The position numbers and the translations under genes are program-made. DNA of 64,000 nt from Dehalococcoidia bacterium (GTDB lineage: Bacteria; Chloroflexota; Dehalococcoidia; Lucifugimonadales; Australimonadaceae), in NCBI GenBank assembly GCA_965248495.1, contig CBDFJL010000003.1, positions 924,852 through 988,851 on the forward strand. The letters run 5' to 3'. The notes beneath the pieces are model-generated. The model made no database searches. It was not told the DNA's origin and saw only the letters and a program-made list of their open reading frames with translations. This document shows positions 1-10,493 of this stretch, piece by piece (position 1 is the first letter of the stretch; each line of letters starts with the position of its first letter).

Positions 1-934
1 CGGTGTAGACGTCGTGGGCAAAGCCCTCGCGCTCTAGCCAGGCTAGGAGCCGCCACTCCGCCGGCGCCACGTGGTTCGGCGCGCGGCCCTCGATGGGGTC
101 GATCACCTGCTCGCTCTCGGGCACGAAGTTGATGAGCTCGGGCCGGTCCAGCGATTGGCGCCGGGGGTGCTCCGTGGCGACGTACGCGGCGGACGTGCCG
201 TCGGTGTAGCGCACCAGCTCGCTGCGGGCGTAGACGGTGGGCGTCGGCGGTAGCCCCTGAGGGTGGATGTAGTTTGAGCGCCCGCCGAAGTTGTTGTACG
301 CCGTCCAGTTCAGGTCGGAGCAGACGACGGCGACCTTCGCGGTGGGCTTGGCTGGGGCGACCACCCAGGGGAAGGAGAAGAAGGCGCCCGACTCGCCCTT
401 GGCGTGGAAGTAGTAGAGGCCGGAGCGCTCCGGCGCGCCGACGTACTGCTTGTGGTCGGGACTCGTGTAGCCGACCGTGTTCCACCGGATGCCCGTCTGG
501 GTGTAGTCCCCGTCGGGGCTCACCTGGACGGTCGCGCGAGGTCCGTGCTCGTCGTACCAGCCGATTGGCCGCACGAGCGTCTTGTCGATGCCGTAACGCC
601 ACAGCGTGAGCTTGTACGCCTCGGGCGAGTGGACGCGGAACTCGGCGAGCTCACCGGAGCGCACGGCCTTGGGCCACGCGTAACCCAGCAGGCGCTCGGG
701 CAGCAGGCGGAACTGGTATGGCTCAGCGACGGGTAGCGCCAGGCGAACGCGCTTCGACCCGAAGCCTGGCCTGGACAGCACGACGTCGTAGTCGCCCGCG
801 GGCAGGTCCGCGTGCAATGAGCCGCTGGCCCGCGAGCGCGCCTCTGAGGAGTTGCCCCGGGCATCGAGGAACTCGACCTGGGTGTCGGCGAGGGCCAGGT
901 AGCGCTCGTCGCTCACGTAACCGATCAGCGGCAT
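1..934 (-). CDS. Conserved hypothetical protein, 3' end runs off the window; possibly N,N-dimethylformamidase large-subunit-like
   Basis: Absent from the ORF track because it has no in-window stop. My translation of the minus strand from ATG 934-932 gives MPLIGYVSDERYLALADTQVEF...VAVVCSDLNWTAYNNFGGRSNYIHP...EWRLLAWLEREGFAHDVYT, with no stop down to position 1 and G/C-rich third positions. AGGAG lies just upstream. The family guess rests on the TAYNNFGG-type motif only. Confidence 0.6.
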   Translation of the reverse strand, partial: MPLIGYVSDERYLALADTQVEFLDARGNSSEARSRASGSLHADLPAGDYDVVLSRPGFGSKRVRLALPVAEPYQFRLLPERLLGYAWPKAVRSGELAEFRVHSPEAYKLTLWRYGIDKTLVRPIGWYDEHGPRATVQVSPDGDYTQTGIRWNTVGYTSPDHKQYVGAPERSGLYYFHAKGESGAFFSFPWVVAPAKPTAKVAVVCSDLNWTAYNNFGGRSNYIHPQGLPPTPTVYARSELVRYTDGTSAAYVATEHPRRQSLDRPELINFVPESEQVIDPIEGRAPNHVAPAEWRLLAWLEREGFAHDVYT

Positions 935-984
935 ATGACTCCTGGGAGCTCGTGCCGTTCGACTCCACCCAGGACAGGCCTTGG

Positions 985-1130
985 GCTGACGACCGGGGTG
1001 AGGCTACCCCTGCCTCGTCCTTCGACCCTTCGGCCTGGCTCAGGGCAGGCAGGCTCAGGACGAGCGGACAATGGTTCGCTCATGATGAGCTAGCTTGCCC
1101 TGAGCATCGTCGAAGGGAACCATGAGCGCC
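985..1130 (+). repeat. REP-like intergenic element (core CCTGAGC-N3-GTCGAAGG at 1099-1116)
   Basis: Non-coding stretch containing ttcgacccttcggcctggctcagggcagg and ccctgagcatcgtcgaagg. The same core recurs at 17440-17456, 19386-19403 and 19464-19480. Confidence 0.6.
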
Positions 1131-1192
1131 TGCGGAGCCAACCTCGGCGCCGCTCGGCACGGTCCGGGCCGCGTACACCCTGCCGTACCCAC

Positions 1193-1600
1193 TCACTCGA
1201 TAATGTCCTCGGCCCCGAAGTACTCCAGCATGGGCTCGAAGTAGTACTCGACCCAGCCAATCTCGACGTCCGCGGCCTGGCCGTCCGGGATCTCGGAGTG
1301 GCGCAGCGTCAGGATAGTCCCATCCTGGATCGGCTCCAGCAGGACCTCGACGCGCGAGTCGGCTGCGTCCTCAGGGAAATCGACGGTCCGCCACGCCTGG
1401 ACGATGCGCCTGGACGGCTCCAGCTCCAGGATCGTTCCCTTGATGTAGCCGTCCCATGCGGTGAAGCGTCCGCCGACCCGTGGGTCGAAGGCGGCGTCGC
1501 CGCCGGTCATGTCGGCGTGCTCGTCCTCGTTGAGCCACGCCTCATAGATGGCTTTCGGGCTCGTGGGGAGCACGTGGGAGACTTCGATGGACTGTGACAT
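1193..1600 (-). CDS. SRPBCC/AHSA1 (Aha1-like) domain protein
   Basis: The ORF is trimmed to ATG at 1600 (MSQSIEVSHVLPTSPKAIYEAWLNEDEHADMTGG...). The layout is typical of activator-of-Hsp90-ATPase-homolog/SRPBCC proteins. The upstream part of the ORF is Arg/Ser-rich junk. Confidence 0.8.
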   Translation of the reverse strand: MSQSIEVSHVLPTSPKAIYEAWLNEDEHADMTGGDAAFDPRVGGRFTAWDGYIKGTILELEPSRRIVQAWRTVDFPEDAADSRVEVLLEPIQDGTILTLRHSEIPDGQAADVEIGWVEYYFEPMLEYFGAEDIIE

Positions 1601-1646
1601 GAGGATCACATCGATTCTAGCCGAAGCGACGCGCGACGGCAGCACG

Positions 1647-2456
1647 CTACTCCTCGACGATGCGCGCGCCGGCCGACAGGCGGGCGAAGAGGTCCGTGCC
1701 AGCCGTGAGCCCGCCGTCGACCACGAGGCTCGCACCCGTGACGAACGACGCGTCGTCCGAGGCCAGGAAGGCGATGGCGCCGGCGATCTCCTCGGGCTCG
1801 GCGACGCGGCGCAGCGGGTAGAGGGCAGCTACGCGATCGAAGTAGGCGCGCTCCGGTGGACCCGCGTCGCCATCCCCACCCCGACTGACGCCAATCGTCG
1901 TACGCACGGTGCCGGGCGTCACGGCGTTGCAGCGCACGCCCTGCGGGCCGTACTTCACGGCCACCGTACGGGTCAGCGAGATCACGGCCGCCTTGGCCGC
2001 GCTGTAGGAGTCCTGTGCGAGGCCAATCATGCCGTTGACCGACGAGACGTTCACGATGTTGGCACCCGGTGTCCGGCGCAACAGGTGGGGCAGGCCGAGC
2101 CGCGTACAGAGGTAGACGCTCTGGAGCGCGACGGTCTGGTCTCGCTGCCAGGACGCCAGGTCTGCGTCCTCGAGCGATCGGCCAGTGGTGGCCGCGGCGT
2201 TGTTTACGAGGATATCGACGCCGCCGAAGCGCTCGACCGTGGCCGAGAACATCGCCGACACGTCGTCCTCGCGCGTTACGTCTGTCCCGACGAACGCGGC
2301 GTCGGTGCCTAGCTCGTCGGCCAGCGCCTGGCCGTTGGCCCTGTCGACGTCGGCGATGGCAACGCGCGCGCCCTCGGCCAGCAGTCGACGCACGGTGGCC
2401 GCGCCGATGCCCTTGGCCCCGCCGGTGACGATGGCGACCTTGCCGTCGAACCTCAT
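1647..2456 (-). CDS. SDR family oxidoreductase
   Basis: Start MRFDGKVAIVTGGAKGIGAA carries the TGxxxGxG Rossmann motif. NNAA and the YSAAK catalytic Y-x3-K are present. ATG at 2456. Confidence 0.9.
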   Translation of the reverse strand: MRFDGKVAIVTGGAKGIGAATVRRLLAEGARVAIADVDRANGQALADELGTDAAFVGTDVTREDDVSAMFSATVERFGGVDILVNNAAATTGRSLEDADLASWQRDQTVALQSVYLCTRLGLPHLLRRTPGANIVNVSSVNGMIGLAQDSYSAAKAAVISLTRTVAVKYGPQGVRCNAVTPGTVRTTIGVSRGGDGDAGPPERAYFDRVAALYPLRRVAEPEEIAGAIAFLASDDASFVTGASLVVDGGLTAGTDLFARLSAGARIVEE

Positions 2457-2519
2457 GGTGCTGGATAGCCTACAACGTGCGCCATAACGTGCCCATATCG
2501 TGCAATGACCGGGAGCGCG

Positions 2520-2609
2520 TGGCGGAGGGAGTGGGATTCGAACCCACGATGCCCTTGCGGGCATAGCGGTTTTCAAGACCGCCGCATTCGTCCACTCTGC
2601 CATCCCTCC
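2520..2609 (-). tRNA. tRNA-Ser (anticodon UGA), CCA encoded
   Basis: The reverse complement reads GGAGGGATGGCAGAGTGGACGAATGCGGCGGTCTTGAAAACCGC-long variable arm-GTGGGTTCGAATCCCACTCCCTCCGCCA. Anticodon loop is CU-UGA-AA. It has a 7-bp acceptor stem and a long variable arm (class II). Confidence 0.9.
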
Positions 2610-2728
2610 GAGGTTGGCGGTGCAGTCCGCACCGCGGCGGCCATTGTACGGCAGGGGGTGCGGGCGGCTCCCGGCAGACCAACGCAGCGCGTGCTACGCT
2701 CATCGACAGCCACGGATGGAGGCGAGCG

Positions 2729-3013
2729 ATGGCAGCGTTTGGCAAGGTCGAGGTCGAGATTTGCTACTGCGTACCCTGAGGGTACTTCGCGCTCGCCACG
2801 TGGATGGCGACCGAGTTCTGGCGAGGGAATGCGCCTGGCGACGTAGCGATTCGGATTACGCCGTCCGACGGCGGCGACCTGCGGGTCCTGCTCGACGGCG
2901 ACACGATCTACGACCGAGCCGGCGGGGAATACCCCAACCTCACGCAGGTCCTCGAGCTGAACATGGCGATCGCCGACCGCATCGTCCAGCTGGAGAGCGC
3001 CCCGAGCGGCTAG
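2729..3013 (+). CDS. Rdx (SelW/SelT/SelH-like) family predicted selenoprotein, CxxU motif, Sec codon at 2777-2779
   Basis: The track only shows 2804..3013. Reading the same frame upstream from ATG 2729 gives MAAFGKVEVEICYCVP-TGA-GYFALATWMATEFWRGN...GGDLRVLLDGDTIYDRAGGEYPNLTQV. This parallels the Rdx pattern VEIxYCxxC/U...W...G.FEV.vdGelifsk...g.FP. Confidence 0.7.
2793..2810 (+). promoter_or_regulatory. Candidate SECIS-like hairpin for the Rdx gene
   Basis: Stem tcgcc/ggcga with loop ACGUGGAU, starting 13 nt after the UGA. Separately, the UGA itself lies in the loop of the perfect palindrome GTACCC-TGA-GGGTAC (2771-2785). Confidence 0.35.
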
Positions 3014-4110
3014 CCGACCGTCTGCCGCGTCCCCGTCTCCGAGGCGCGAGCAATCGCGTCCAGCAGCCGGTGGTGCGCGACGGCGTCGTCGAAGCTGGGC
3101 GCTGTCGCGACGTCTGAGGCCACCGCGTCGGCGAAGGCCCTCCAGGCCTTGGCGACGTTGACGGCCGACCCCGTCACCTCGGCCTGTGCGAGCCACGGCT
3201 CGTCGTCGATGGCCACTTCGCTTGGCTCCGCGTCGTCCCGTCCCGCCACGAACACCCTGGAGCGTCCTGTGTGTGGGCCCGAGGCACTGCTGTGCTCCAG
3301 CAAGATGGCCCCCTCGCGCCCGTAGACCTCGAACCGATGGCCTCTGCCGTGCCACGGCACCGACTCCACGTGGCAGGTGAGCAGCGGGCCTGCGCGGAAC
3401 CTGCCGACCAGGGCCACGCTGTCCGGCGCGGTGACGGGGACCGTCCTGCCCGTGTCGGTCTCCAGCCACTCCCTCGCCTCGGTGCTCACGTGGGCCTCGA
3501 CCCATTCGAGCTCGCCGACCGTGGTGACGAGTCCATCGATGGCGTGGCCAAACTGAATCGTTAGCGTGTTGGCGCCGGCCGACGGGTCCCCCGCCCACGT
3601 CCGCGACGACGGGCGCTCGGTCAGACCGCCCACGTACTGCGTCATGCTGACCGACACCGGCTCGCCGATGTCGCCCGCGGCGATGGCCTCCCGGACGTAG
3701 CCGAGCTCCGCCGAGCGGCGGCTCTGGAGGCCGACCATCGTGTTGGTACCGGCCTGCTTCGCTGCGGCGGCCATCGCCTCCGCCTCCGCGGTGTCGCGGC
3801 CTAGCGGCCACTCGGTGTAGACGTGCTTCCCGGCTGCCAGCGCCGCCAAGGTCGGCTCCAGGTGGTTCGGAACGCGCAGCGACACGCAGACGGCGGCGAT
3901 GTCGTCGCGCTCCAGCATGGCCCGCCAGTCGTCGAAGGCCAGCTCGGCGCCGAAGCGCTGCCTAGACTCCTCGGCCGACTCCATGCGCGTCGTGCAGACG
4001 GCGGCCAGCGTGACGTCGGGATGGTTCGCCAGTGCCGGCAGGTGCGCCCGTGACGCCCAGCCGGCGTTCGCGTTCGCGCCGATCAGGCCGACGCGCAGAG
4101 GATCGGACAT
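3010..4110 (-). CDS. Gfo/Idh/MocA family oxidoreductase
   Basis: Begins MSDPLRVGLIGANANAGWASRAHLPALANHPDVTLAAVCT and contains the EWPL motif in GKHVYTEWPLGRD. ATG at 4110; the upstream extension is Arg-rich junk. Confidence 0.85.
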   Translation of the reverse strand: MSDPLRVGLIGANANAGWASRAHLPALANHPDVTLAAVCTTRMESAEESRQRFGAELAFDDWRAMLERDDIAAVCVSLRVPNHLEPTLAALAAGKHVYTEWPLGRDTAEAEAMAAAAKQAGTNTMVGLQSRRSAELGYVREAIAAGDIGEPVSVSMTQYVGGLTERPSSRTWAGDPSAGANTLTIQFGHAIDGLVTTVGELEWVEAHVSTEAREWLETDTGRTVPVTAPDSVALVGRFRAGPLLTCHVESVPWHGRGHRFEVYGREGAILLEHSSASGPHTGRSRVFVAGRDDAEPSEVAIDDEPWLAQAEVTGSAVNVAKAWRAFADAVASDVATAPSFDDAVAHHRLLDAIARASETGTRQTVG

Positions 4111-4213
4111 CGGTTCATGCCTCGCGCAGATTAGGGTTCGGCTCAAAGCCGCGGCCAGCCTATCAGGCAAGCCCGCGCTCGGCATGGTCCTACGGCGCGC
4201 TAGGCGGTCTGCT

Positions 4214-4561
4214 TCAGCTCGTCGTCGGCCCACCCTGGCGTCCCGAGGCGGGCCCAGTCCTGGTCGAGCAGTCGCTGGAGCTCCGCGAACTCGCCGCGAA
4301 GCTCGGGTTTCGGCGGCATGACGGGCTCAGCCGCGAGGGCTCGGCTTCGGGGACGATCGCTACTAGGGGACGCAGCGGGCGGGTGCGGCGGCGTCGGAGC
4401 GTCGCAAGCAGGGCGAGGACCGCCTTGGCGTTGCGCGGGTAACGCAGTCCCGCGACCCACTTGTCGACCGCGGTGCGGAAGACACCGAGCTCGTCCGCGA
4501 CGCCCACGAGCGTCCAGCCACGCTCGCGCAGCTCTTGGAGGGCCACCTGGACATCGTTCAT
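4214..4561 (-). CDS. Putative small HTH protein; 3' end uncertain, possible frameshift
   Basis: MNDVQVALQELRERGWTLVGVADELGVFRTAVDKWVAGLRYPRNAKAVLALL looks like an HTH. The tail of this frame becomes Arg/Ser-rich. A better-looking frame (MPPKPELRGEFAELQRLLDQDWARLGTPGWADDELKQTA, 4200..4319) takes over. Confidence 0.35.
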   Translation of the reverse strand: MNDVQVALQELRERGWTLVGVADELGVFRTAVDKWVAGLRYPRNAKAVLALLATLRRRRTRPLRPLVAIVPEAEPSRLSPSCRRNPSFAASSRSSSDCSTRTGPASGRQGGPTTS

Positions 4562-4742
4562 GCCCTCGATGCTGACAGCAGAGAAGCCGCGGGAAAACGT
4601 CCGAAAGTACCACCCCATGGGTGGGCCAGGTGTGACATAGGGATGCCGCCGCAACCGTCACGCAGGATTGCGTGCCAGCCCCCCGTAGGATTGCAGGCGC
4701 GCGGCCTTTCTTGGCGTGGGTCGGCCCGCTAGCCTGCGATGC

Positions 4743-6026
4743 ATGGGAGTGCGCCTGGTCGGCCTACTGATGCTCATCGCCGTCGCAATGCTGGTGAGCG
4801 CGTGCGGCAGTTCCTCGGACGGCGTGCGGGTGTCGGTGGCCGAAGCCGCGCTAACCAGCGAGCCGACACCGCCCGCGCCCGCAACGCCGACAGCGACTGC
4901 GAGCCCGATCGCGACCGCAATCGCGACGCCCACCCCCGCGCTGACCCCGGCACCAATCGGCGCGCCGATACCCACGCCGACACCCAAGCAGGCTGGCGAC
5001 GCATCGGCACCTTCGACGCCGACACCTCTCGCGCCAACGCCAACGCAGGCGGCGACGGCGGCGCCTGCGGCGAATCCGACGCCGACGGCCACCATCGCAC
5101 CGCGCTACACGAACGGCGGAGGGGGCGGCTTCGTCGTGCTCGACGACCCCGCGTTCGTCCCCGCCTCGCGGGCCGGCCACGTCGCCGACGGCGACCTCGT
5201 CCTCGGCTACAACGGAGGGGCGCAGGCACGGGCCTACCCGGTGTCGATGATGTGGCTCCATCACATCGTGAACGACACGGTGCTTGGCGATCCGCTGCTC
5301 GTCACCTACTGAATACTCTGTAGATCGGGGGTCGGGTACGACCCCGTGTTGGAGAGTGGCGAGCGGGTCCGCTTCGACCTTCTCGGCCTGTACAAGGGCG
5401 TGTTCCTGATGCGTGACCGTGCCACCGGCTCGGTCTGGGCCCACCTCGACGGCTTCGCGTCCCAGGGCCCGCTGGCAGGGCAGCGCCTCGACTTCGTGTC
5501 CCTGCCGCAGATGACGTGGGGCGAGTGGCGGCAATCGCATCCCGACACGCTGGTGCTCGATGCGAACACGCCGTGGAGCGCCAACTACGGCGACCCCGGC
5601 CAGTTCTCCGATCCGACGCTGGCCAAGTTCGCCGACAATCGTCTGCCCTGGGACGCGCTGGTGGTTGGGGTCGAGGCCAACAGCGCCTACATGGGCTTTC
5701 CGCTCGCCGCGCTGACGGGCGTCGGTGGCTACACCAACACGACGGTGGGTGGCGTGCCCGTGCTCGTGACCTACGACGCTGCAACGCAGACGGGCATCGC
5801 CCACAGCCGCGTCGTCGAAGGCCAGGCGCTGGATTTCTCGTTAGCACCGGGCTTCTTCGGCCGCCTAACCCTCCAGGACGCGCAGACGGGGTCCAAGTGG
5901 GACGCGAGCGGGACGGCCATCGAGGGCCCGCTGAGCGGGACCCAGCTCACCTTCGTCCCGTCCTTCATCTCGGCGTGGTACGGCTGGTCGGCCTACCACC
6001 CGCAGACCGACCTGTTCGACGGCTAA
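4743..6026 (+). CDS. DUF3179 family lipoprotein, predicted selenoprotein (UxxC), Sec codon at 5310-5312
   Basis: Track ORFs 4716..5312 and 5346..6026 share one frame and are separated only by TGA. Read-through gives ...MWLHHIVNDTVLGDPLLVTY-U-ILCRSGVGYDPVLESGERVRFDLLGLYKGVFLMRDRATGSVW.... Lipobox MGVRLVGLLMLIAVAMLVSAC follows ATG 4743, then a PT-rich linker. Confidence 0.75.
5326..5346 (+). promoter_or_regulatory. Candidate SECIS-like hairpin for DUF3179 copy 1
   Basis: Stem GGGGUC/GACCCC (5328-5333 with 5340-5345), loop GGGUAC. The stem begins 15 nt after the UGA. Confidence 0.45.
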
Positions 6027-6550
6027 CCCGGCAGTATCTCGAAGGCGTTGAGCACGCTGGCGATCATCGAGTAGTAGCCGACCGTCGCCGTCAGCTCGAC
6101 GACCCCCACGACGCCGAAGCGCCCCAACGCGGCGTCGAAGGTCGCCTGGCTGACGCGCTTGTCCCGCAGCAGCTCGCGGGCGTAGGCGATGGACGGCCTG
6201 AGCTCGGTCGGCAGCTCGTCGAGCCCGGCCCGCGCGTCGACGAGTGCGATGGTGGCGTCCGGGACACCGAGCCGGGCGGCGATGCCCTTGTGCGCGGCCA
6301 TCTCGTAGGCACACTCCAGCTCGGCGGCCGTCGCCACGATGGTCAGCTCGCGAACGTCGTCCGGCAGCGACGACTCGAGGCGCACGTAGTCGCCAACGCC
6401 GGCGATGCGGCGCGTGAGCTCCGGCACGCTCATTAGCGCGGCGAAGGGCCCGCGCATGGCGCCGCCGCGGGTGGCCGCGATCGCATCGAACGCGGCGTGG
6501 TGCTCGGCGGCGACGCTGTCTCGTTCGGTGATCATGGGTACGCGTGGCAT
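6023..6550 (-). CDS. Carboxymuconolactone decarboxylase (AhpD-like) family protein
   Basis: MPRVPMITERDSVAAEHHAAFDAIAATRGG...TAAELECAYEMAAHKGIAARLG shows the CMD-type E-C-x-x-E-x-x-x-H region. GGGAG lies 7 nt upstream of ATG 6550. Confidence 0.8.
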   Translation of the reverse strand: MPRVPMITERDSVAAEHHAAFDAIAATRGGAMRGPFAALMSVPELTRRIAGVGDYVRLESSLPDDVRELTIVATAAELECAYEMAAHKGIAARLGVPDATIALVDARAGLDELPTELRPSIAYARELLRDKRVSQATFDAALGRFGVVGVVELTATVGYYSMIASVLNAFEILPG

Positions 6551-6659
6551 TGGCTGCTCCCGTGTGCTGGAGTCGGCTGGTGCGCGGCATGATAGACCCG
6601 CTAACGCTCGATGTGGGCGGTGCGCTAGTCTTGGGCCACCGAACGCGGAGGAAGCCGTC

Positions 6660-7769
6660 ATGAAAGAAATCAAGATCGACCGGAGCAAGTCGCTGGTGGA
6701 GGAGCCCGGCAAGGGCCATAACCGATTCCACCCGGATATCGAAGCGGTCATCGAGGTCGACGAGGGCGAGGAGGTCGTCATCGAGACGCGCGCCGCCGCC
6801 GACAATCAGATCACCAGCGCGAGCACCGTCGATGCGCTGAGCGGCACCGACCCCCGACGTCCGCACCCGCTGACCGGCCCCGTGTACGTGAAGGGGGCGT
6901 CGCCGGGCGACCTGCTGGAGATCGAATTCCTCGACATCGTCCCGGCCGACTGGGCCTTCACCGGCATTCGGCCGGGGCGGGGCTACCTGCGGGACCACTT
7001 CCACGATCCGTTCCTCGCGATCTGGGAGCTCCGCGACGGCTGGGCGACGAGCAAGCAGGTGCCGGGGGTGCGCGTGCATGGCGCGCCCTTCACTGGCGTA
7101 TCCGCGGTGGCGCCCTCCCGCGAGCAGCTTGTCGAATGGACGCGTCGCGAGGCGGTGCTGGCGGCCGAGGGTGGGCTGGCCATGCCGCCGGACGCGCGAA
7201 GCGCCGTGCCGTCCGCGGAGCCCATGGCCAGCGAGGGCCTGCGGACCATCCCCCCGCGTGAGAACGGCGGCAACATGGACGTGAAGCAGATGACCAAGGG
7301 GTCGCGGCTGCTGTTGCCGGTCAACGTCGAGGGCGCGCTCTACTCCACCGGCGACGCCCACTTCGCCCAGGGCGACGGCGAGGTGTGCCTCCAAGCGGTG
7401 GAGATGGACGCGACGGTCGCCGTCCGGTTCCGCGTCCTGAAGGGGGAGGCGGAGCGGCACAACATCCGCTGGCCTCGGCTGGCGCACTCGACGTACTTCA
7501 CCGATCCACGCTTCGCCGTCCCCGAGCGCTTCATCGCCACCATGGGCATGCCGATCCGCGCTGACGGCTCCAACGCCAGCGAGGACCTGAACCTCGCCTG
7601 CCAGAACGCACTGCTCCAGATGATCGACCTGCTGGGCGAGCGCGGGTTCAGCCGCGAGCAGGCCTACGTCATCTGCAGCGTGGCGGTGGACCTCAAGATC
7701 AGCCAGGTGGTCGATGTCCCCAACTTCATCGTGAGCGCTGTGCTCTCGGAGGACATCTTCGGCGACTAG
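6660..7769 (+). CDS. Acetamidase/formamidase family protein
   Basis: MKEIKIDRSKSLVEEPGKGHNRFHPDI...HPLTGPVYVKGASPGDLLEIE...GNMDVKQMTKGSRLLLPV...STGDAHFAQGDGEV matches FmdA/AmdA family signatures. GGAGGA RBS is present. Confidence 0.9.
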   Translation: MKEIKIDRSKSLVEEPGKGHNRFHPDIEAVIEVDEGEEVVIETRAAADNQITSASTVDALSGTDPRRPHPLTGPVYVKGASPGDLLEIEFLDIVPADWAFTGIRPGRGYLRDHFHDPFLAIWELRDGWATSKQVPGVRVHGAPFTGVSAVAPSREQLVEWTRREAVLAAEGGLAMPPDARSAVPSAEPMASEGLRTIPPRENGGNMDVKQMTKGSRLLLPVNVEGALYSTGDAHFAQGDGEVCLQAVEMDATVAVRFRVLKGEAERHNIRWPRLAHSTYFTDPRFAVPERFIATMGMPIRADGSNASEDLNLACQNALLQMIDLLGERGFSREQAYVICSVAVDLKISQVVDVPNFIVSAVLSEDIFGD

Positions 7770-7818
7770 CGACGGCTGCCACGTGCGAGTTGGAGCCGGC
7801 CTGCGCTAGGCTTGGCGC

Positions 7819-10368
<2,550 letters not shown>

Positions 10369-10387
10369 GCCGCCGACGCGGCCGGAC

Positions 10388-10416
10388 GGGGAGTTCGACT
10401 CTCCCCCATCTCCACC
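10388..10416 (+). other. tRNA/tmRNA 3'-end-like fragment (T-arm plus acceptor 3' strand)
   Basis: Reads GGGGAG-TTCGACT-CTCCCC-CATCTCC-A-CC. No complementary 5' acceptor (GGAGATG) or D/anticodon arms occur in the preceding 80 nt, so it is only a fragment. Confidence 0.4.
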
Positions 10417-10493
10417 TCACGTCAAGCGCGGAGGCAGAAAGGGGCAGGCTAGCGGCCCCTTCTGGTTGGCTCTGTCCTGGAGGCCAGGATGGC

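Noticed and set aside
2520-2609. Could the tRNA next to the Rdx selenoprotein gene be tRNA-Sec (selC)?
   Set aside because: The anticodon loop is CU-UGA-AA, so the anticodon is UGA and reads the Ser codon UCA, not UCA reading UGA. The acceptor stem is the ordinary 7 bp and the D-arm is Ser-like. It is tRNA-Ser.
3010-3013. Overlapping convergent stop codons (CTAG) of the Rdx gene and the Gfo/Idh/MocA gene
   Set aside because: This is a real but trivial consequence of tail-to-tail packing. There is no evidence of function.
4860-5100. Periodic ACG/CCG/GCG repeats (also at 38810-38950), considered as tandem DNA repeats or a CRISPR-like array
   Set aside because: They are in-frame Pro/Thr/Ala-rich linkers of lipoproteins. 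There is no spacer-repeat architecture. No CRISPR array exists anywhere in the window.
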